Shown: one piece after another, positions 61,041-64,000 of the stretch
Numbering within the stretch: position 1 is the first letter of the stretch
Layout of the letters: each line of letters starts with the position of its first letter
NCBI GenBank assembly: GCA_031835245.2
Contig: JAVKOQ020000043.1
Span: 1-64,000 of the forward strand
Source of the DNA: Balamuthia mandrillaris
Taxonomy: Eukaryota
Length of the DNA stretch: 64,000 nucleotides
Reading direction: 5' to 3'
Made by a program: the position numbers and the translations under genes
Notes under the pieces: model-generated
What the model saw: the letters and a program-made list of their open reading frames with translations, nothing else
Databases searched by the model: none
Told to the model about the DNA's origin: nothing

Positions 61041-63346
61041 TCATAATTGTTTTGCTGTCGCCATCAAAGAAGAAGGGTGATCTTCCTTTTGTCGTCTATC
61101 CTTTGCTCGTTTGTTTTGGAACCAGTTCTTCACCTTTTGCTCCCTCATTCGCAACTGCTGCGCCGCTTTTCTCACGACGCGCGGCGAGGGGAAGGGTCCA
61201 TGAGAGTAGATCTCCTCCAGGATGGCCACTTGCTCGGGGTTGGCCCTCTTCCTCTCCAACGGGCGGCGTCGCTGTCTAGGCTTCCATCCGCCAGATGTCT
61301 TTAGGAGTTCAATGCCGCCGTCCCCGATGCTAATCGTTAACTTTCGGTTGCGTCGCGGTTTCTTGGAAGGAGGAGCAGAATTCTTTTTCTTGGAGTAAGA
61401 AGAAGGAGAGGAGGATTCGTCGGCGCTGCGATCGCCACCTTCGACCATGAGGTCTGATTCTTGGTCATGATGATCGACATCGCTGTTATCGCTCATGATT
61501 TGGGCGGCCTTTCTCTTGATGCGTTGTTTGTCTTCCTCAGTCCAGCTCGAAGTTGTCGTAGAGTTATTGGACTTCTCCTTAGATTGTTGTGGTTTCTTCT
61601 TTCGTCGGAGAAGAGAAGATGAAAAGGAAGAAGAGGATTTTGCGTTCTTCTTGTTTTTGTTCTTCTTGGAGTCAGAGGTAACAAAGCTTTGCTTCTTTCC
61701 CCCGTTACCAAAAGCTTTGTGTACTTGGACATCTTCCTCATATTCATCGTCGTCGTCATCCTCATCGTCATCTTCCTCATCATCTTCATAAAAATCTGGT
61801 TCCAGATAAGATGTGGAAGAAGAGGGGTAAGACATAACGGGGGAAGCTGGTGGAGATGAATAGGGAGAACATGTAGGAGTCGTCGAACCAGAGGAAGATG
61901 CTGATGTACAAGAAGTAGAAGAAGTACCAAGTGATGATGGAGAGGCAGGAGAAGAAAATAAGTCTGATGAAGAGCCGGAGGAAGAAGAGGCCGAAGGAGG
62001 GCGTTTGCGAAGATTATGAGTGGCAGCTTGGGTCAGCTCATCGTGTAGAGTCATTGGATTAGCGCTGTTCTTGTTGTTGTTGATTTTCTTCTTGTTAGAG
62101 AGCGAAATGGTGCCATCATTTGGTGCTGGTAGGAGATCAGGAGCGAGGCTGTGGCGAAGGTGCGGCTGGGTTAACTCTAAAAGCAGCATGGCGTGCATTC
62201 TAATCTCGGGCGGGTCTTCGTTGCTGGTGAGAAAGGGCAAAGTCAGAAGAAAGCAACAGAAATACATATACAACGGGCTTTGCTTTAGAAAGGACATACT
62301 CAGGAGAGCAGAAACTGGCATTTGCGTCGCCAGGAGAAGAAGCAACCATGGACGTTTGGTAGGAAACCGCGGAGCTGTCGTTCTTCTCCAACCACCTAGC
62401 AGCAATGAGCTTCTTCGGAGTCGGCACTACCACCGTCTTCTTGGTAACGATTGCTCTCGCTCGCTTCTGTAGGCCAGGGTCCTCTCGGAATACCTCCATT
62501 TTGACTTTTTGTTGCGGTTGCCCTTGTGTAGAAACAACGAGATCCATTTTCATTCCCTCCTGCTGTTGTTGTGAAGACAGCGACGAATTGGCTTCTCTGA
62601 GCGCTGTTGAGGAAGAAGGCGAAGAAGGCAATGATGACGGCGCAGTGAAGGATAAGGAGCGTCCGGAGGAACAAGTACAACTGCTACTGCTATTGCTATT
62701 GGCGTGGTGGTGGTGATGACCCACAATGGCTATCGTGGCTCTTCCTCGTCCTCCTCCTTCCGAAGCAGAAGCGGTCGCTGACGATCCCTCTGAAAAAAGC
62801 AGAAGAACGGAGTGTTATAGAGGTGTTATACTTGTGTTATGAGTGAAAAAGATAGGAATGAAAGCGAGAGGCAGCGAAAAAAAGAGAACGCGCTATAGCA
62901 CCACGAATGCAATAACGGCCAGCACCACCTAACCGGAGATGTCAGGAGGGCGGTTGCCGCATTTTCGTGTTTCTCTTTATTAATTCTCTCCTATTACACT
63001 CCCTCCGCCAATAATTTTTTCCCTGCGCCTCTTAAAAAAAAAAAGAGAGGAAGAAAAAGAAAAGCAAAGGAAAAAGAAAGAAGATAGAACATAACAGAAG
63101 AGAGAGAGATAACAAAAAATAAAAAAGGAGCAAAAAAAAAGAAACAGGGACGAAAAAAAAAAGGCAGGAAAAATAAAAATACATACCCATGCGTACAGGC
63201 TGTTGAGGCAGGCTATGGTGGCTATGGAGGTGAGAATGGTGGTGCAAATGGAAGGCATGCTGAGGATGGTGGTTACAACATCCAAACGCGGTGGCGGCAG
63301 TCGACGTTCGTCGTGAAAATAATGTGTTCGCGGCAGTGCCGTACAT
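61041..63346 (-). CDS. Homeobox transcription factor (C-terminal homeodomain)
   Basis: RKRANPEQVAILEEIY..PFPS..AQQLRMREQKVKNWFQNKRAKDRR. The exons splice in frame (first intron 63186-62790, second ~62276-62227). Confidence 0.9.
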
Positions 63347-64000
63347 CGTATCTCTCCAGAAAAAGAAACGATTTTTGTTTCAGTGGTTGTCGTTACCCCA
63401 ACAACAACAAAAAAAAAAAAAAACACAAAGGAGAGGAGGAGGAAGAGGAAGAATTTCGGTAGCAAGCGACCGGTCCTTCTTTAGTGGCAGCAGTGTATCG
63501 CTACTGTTTTTTTTAAAATAAACAAAATAAGAGAAAAAGAGAAGAGTAACAAATAAAAAAAAAATATATTCCTCAGCGGAAGAGGTAGCTGGCAGCTGGC
63601 GAAAAGAAACCTTCTAACAAGCGTGTCAAGTGATAGATACTCCGAACATGCACAGAGCCACCACCCACAGCACGCACACACAAAAAAATAATGAACAACA
63701 AACGGGTTGTTGTGAGTTGTCGAACGCTTTGAAAGAAACGCGCGGTTACACCACTTCGCATTCGTCAACGGTTGGTTCCGACGAGCGCCGCCACCGCCGC
63801 CGCGGGTGACACGTAGTGACACATCACTATGGTTTGAACCCGCAAAGAAAAAAAATTTCAAACGTTGTGAATGAGCACCTTGTATGCGTGAGGCGCGGAG
63901 GCACAGATAGGACGAAAAAAGAAAACCAAGAACAACTTCACGGGTGCCTGTCATCGTGTCTGTCATCTGCATCAGCATCCACCTCACCGTCGTCGCCCAT

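Noticed and set aside
62980..63465. Hydrophobic ORF (MPSICTTIL...) as the homeobox N-terminus or a membrane anchor
   Set aside because: Splice phase fits the MYGTAAN frame (63346) instead; the rest is T-rich intron.

Overview
Eukaryotic DNA with short GT-AG introns full of microsatellites. The gene content and style suggest an amoebozoan protist such as Balamuthia/Acanthamoeba (inference). The window alternates between two kinds of sequence. Compact housekeeping blocks (~29.0-43.7 kb and ~53.7-63.4 kb) hold PEX13, RP9, an LPCAT-like acyltransferase, a type I membrane protein, a proline-rich coiled-coil protein, a CDF zinc transporter, an EGLN-like dioxygenase, RPP38/Pop3, an IQ-DH-PH RhoGEF, a PhyH dioxygenase, a small unknown gene and a homeobox gene. 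Decayed 'graveyard' blocks (~1-28.8 kb and ~43.8-53.3 kb) hold three alternately inverted broken copies of one protein kinase, DENN and Rho-GTPase pseudogenes, Tc1 and copia relics, a solo LTR with an intact 4-bp TSD, and satellites. The main finding is a degraded, intron-containing RAG1/Transib-like transposase at ~21.8-23.9 kb. It has N-terminal Zn-finger motifs and the colinear core motifs KFAFDG, CDLK..CPWC and LHC. Around it lie a perfect 62-bp fold-back, ~170-bp tandem repeats, a G-rich minisatellite, and a convergent gene of a ~140-aa family I do not recognise, which has a second member at ~46.5 kb. Most long ORFs in the supplied track are simple-repeat artefacts. All homology calls are by eye from remembered motifs; no searches were run.
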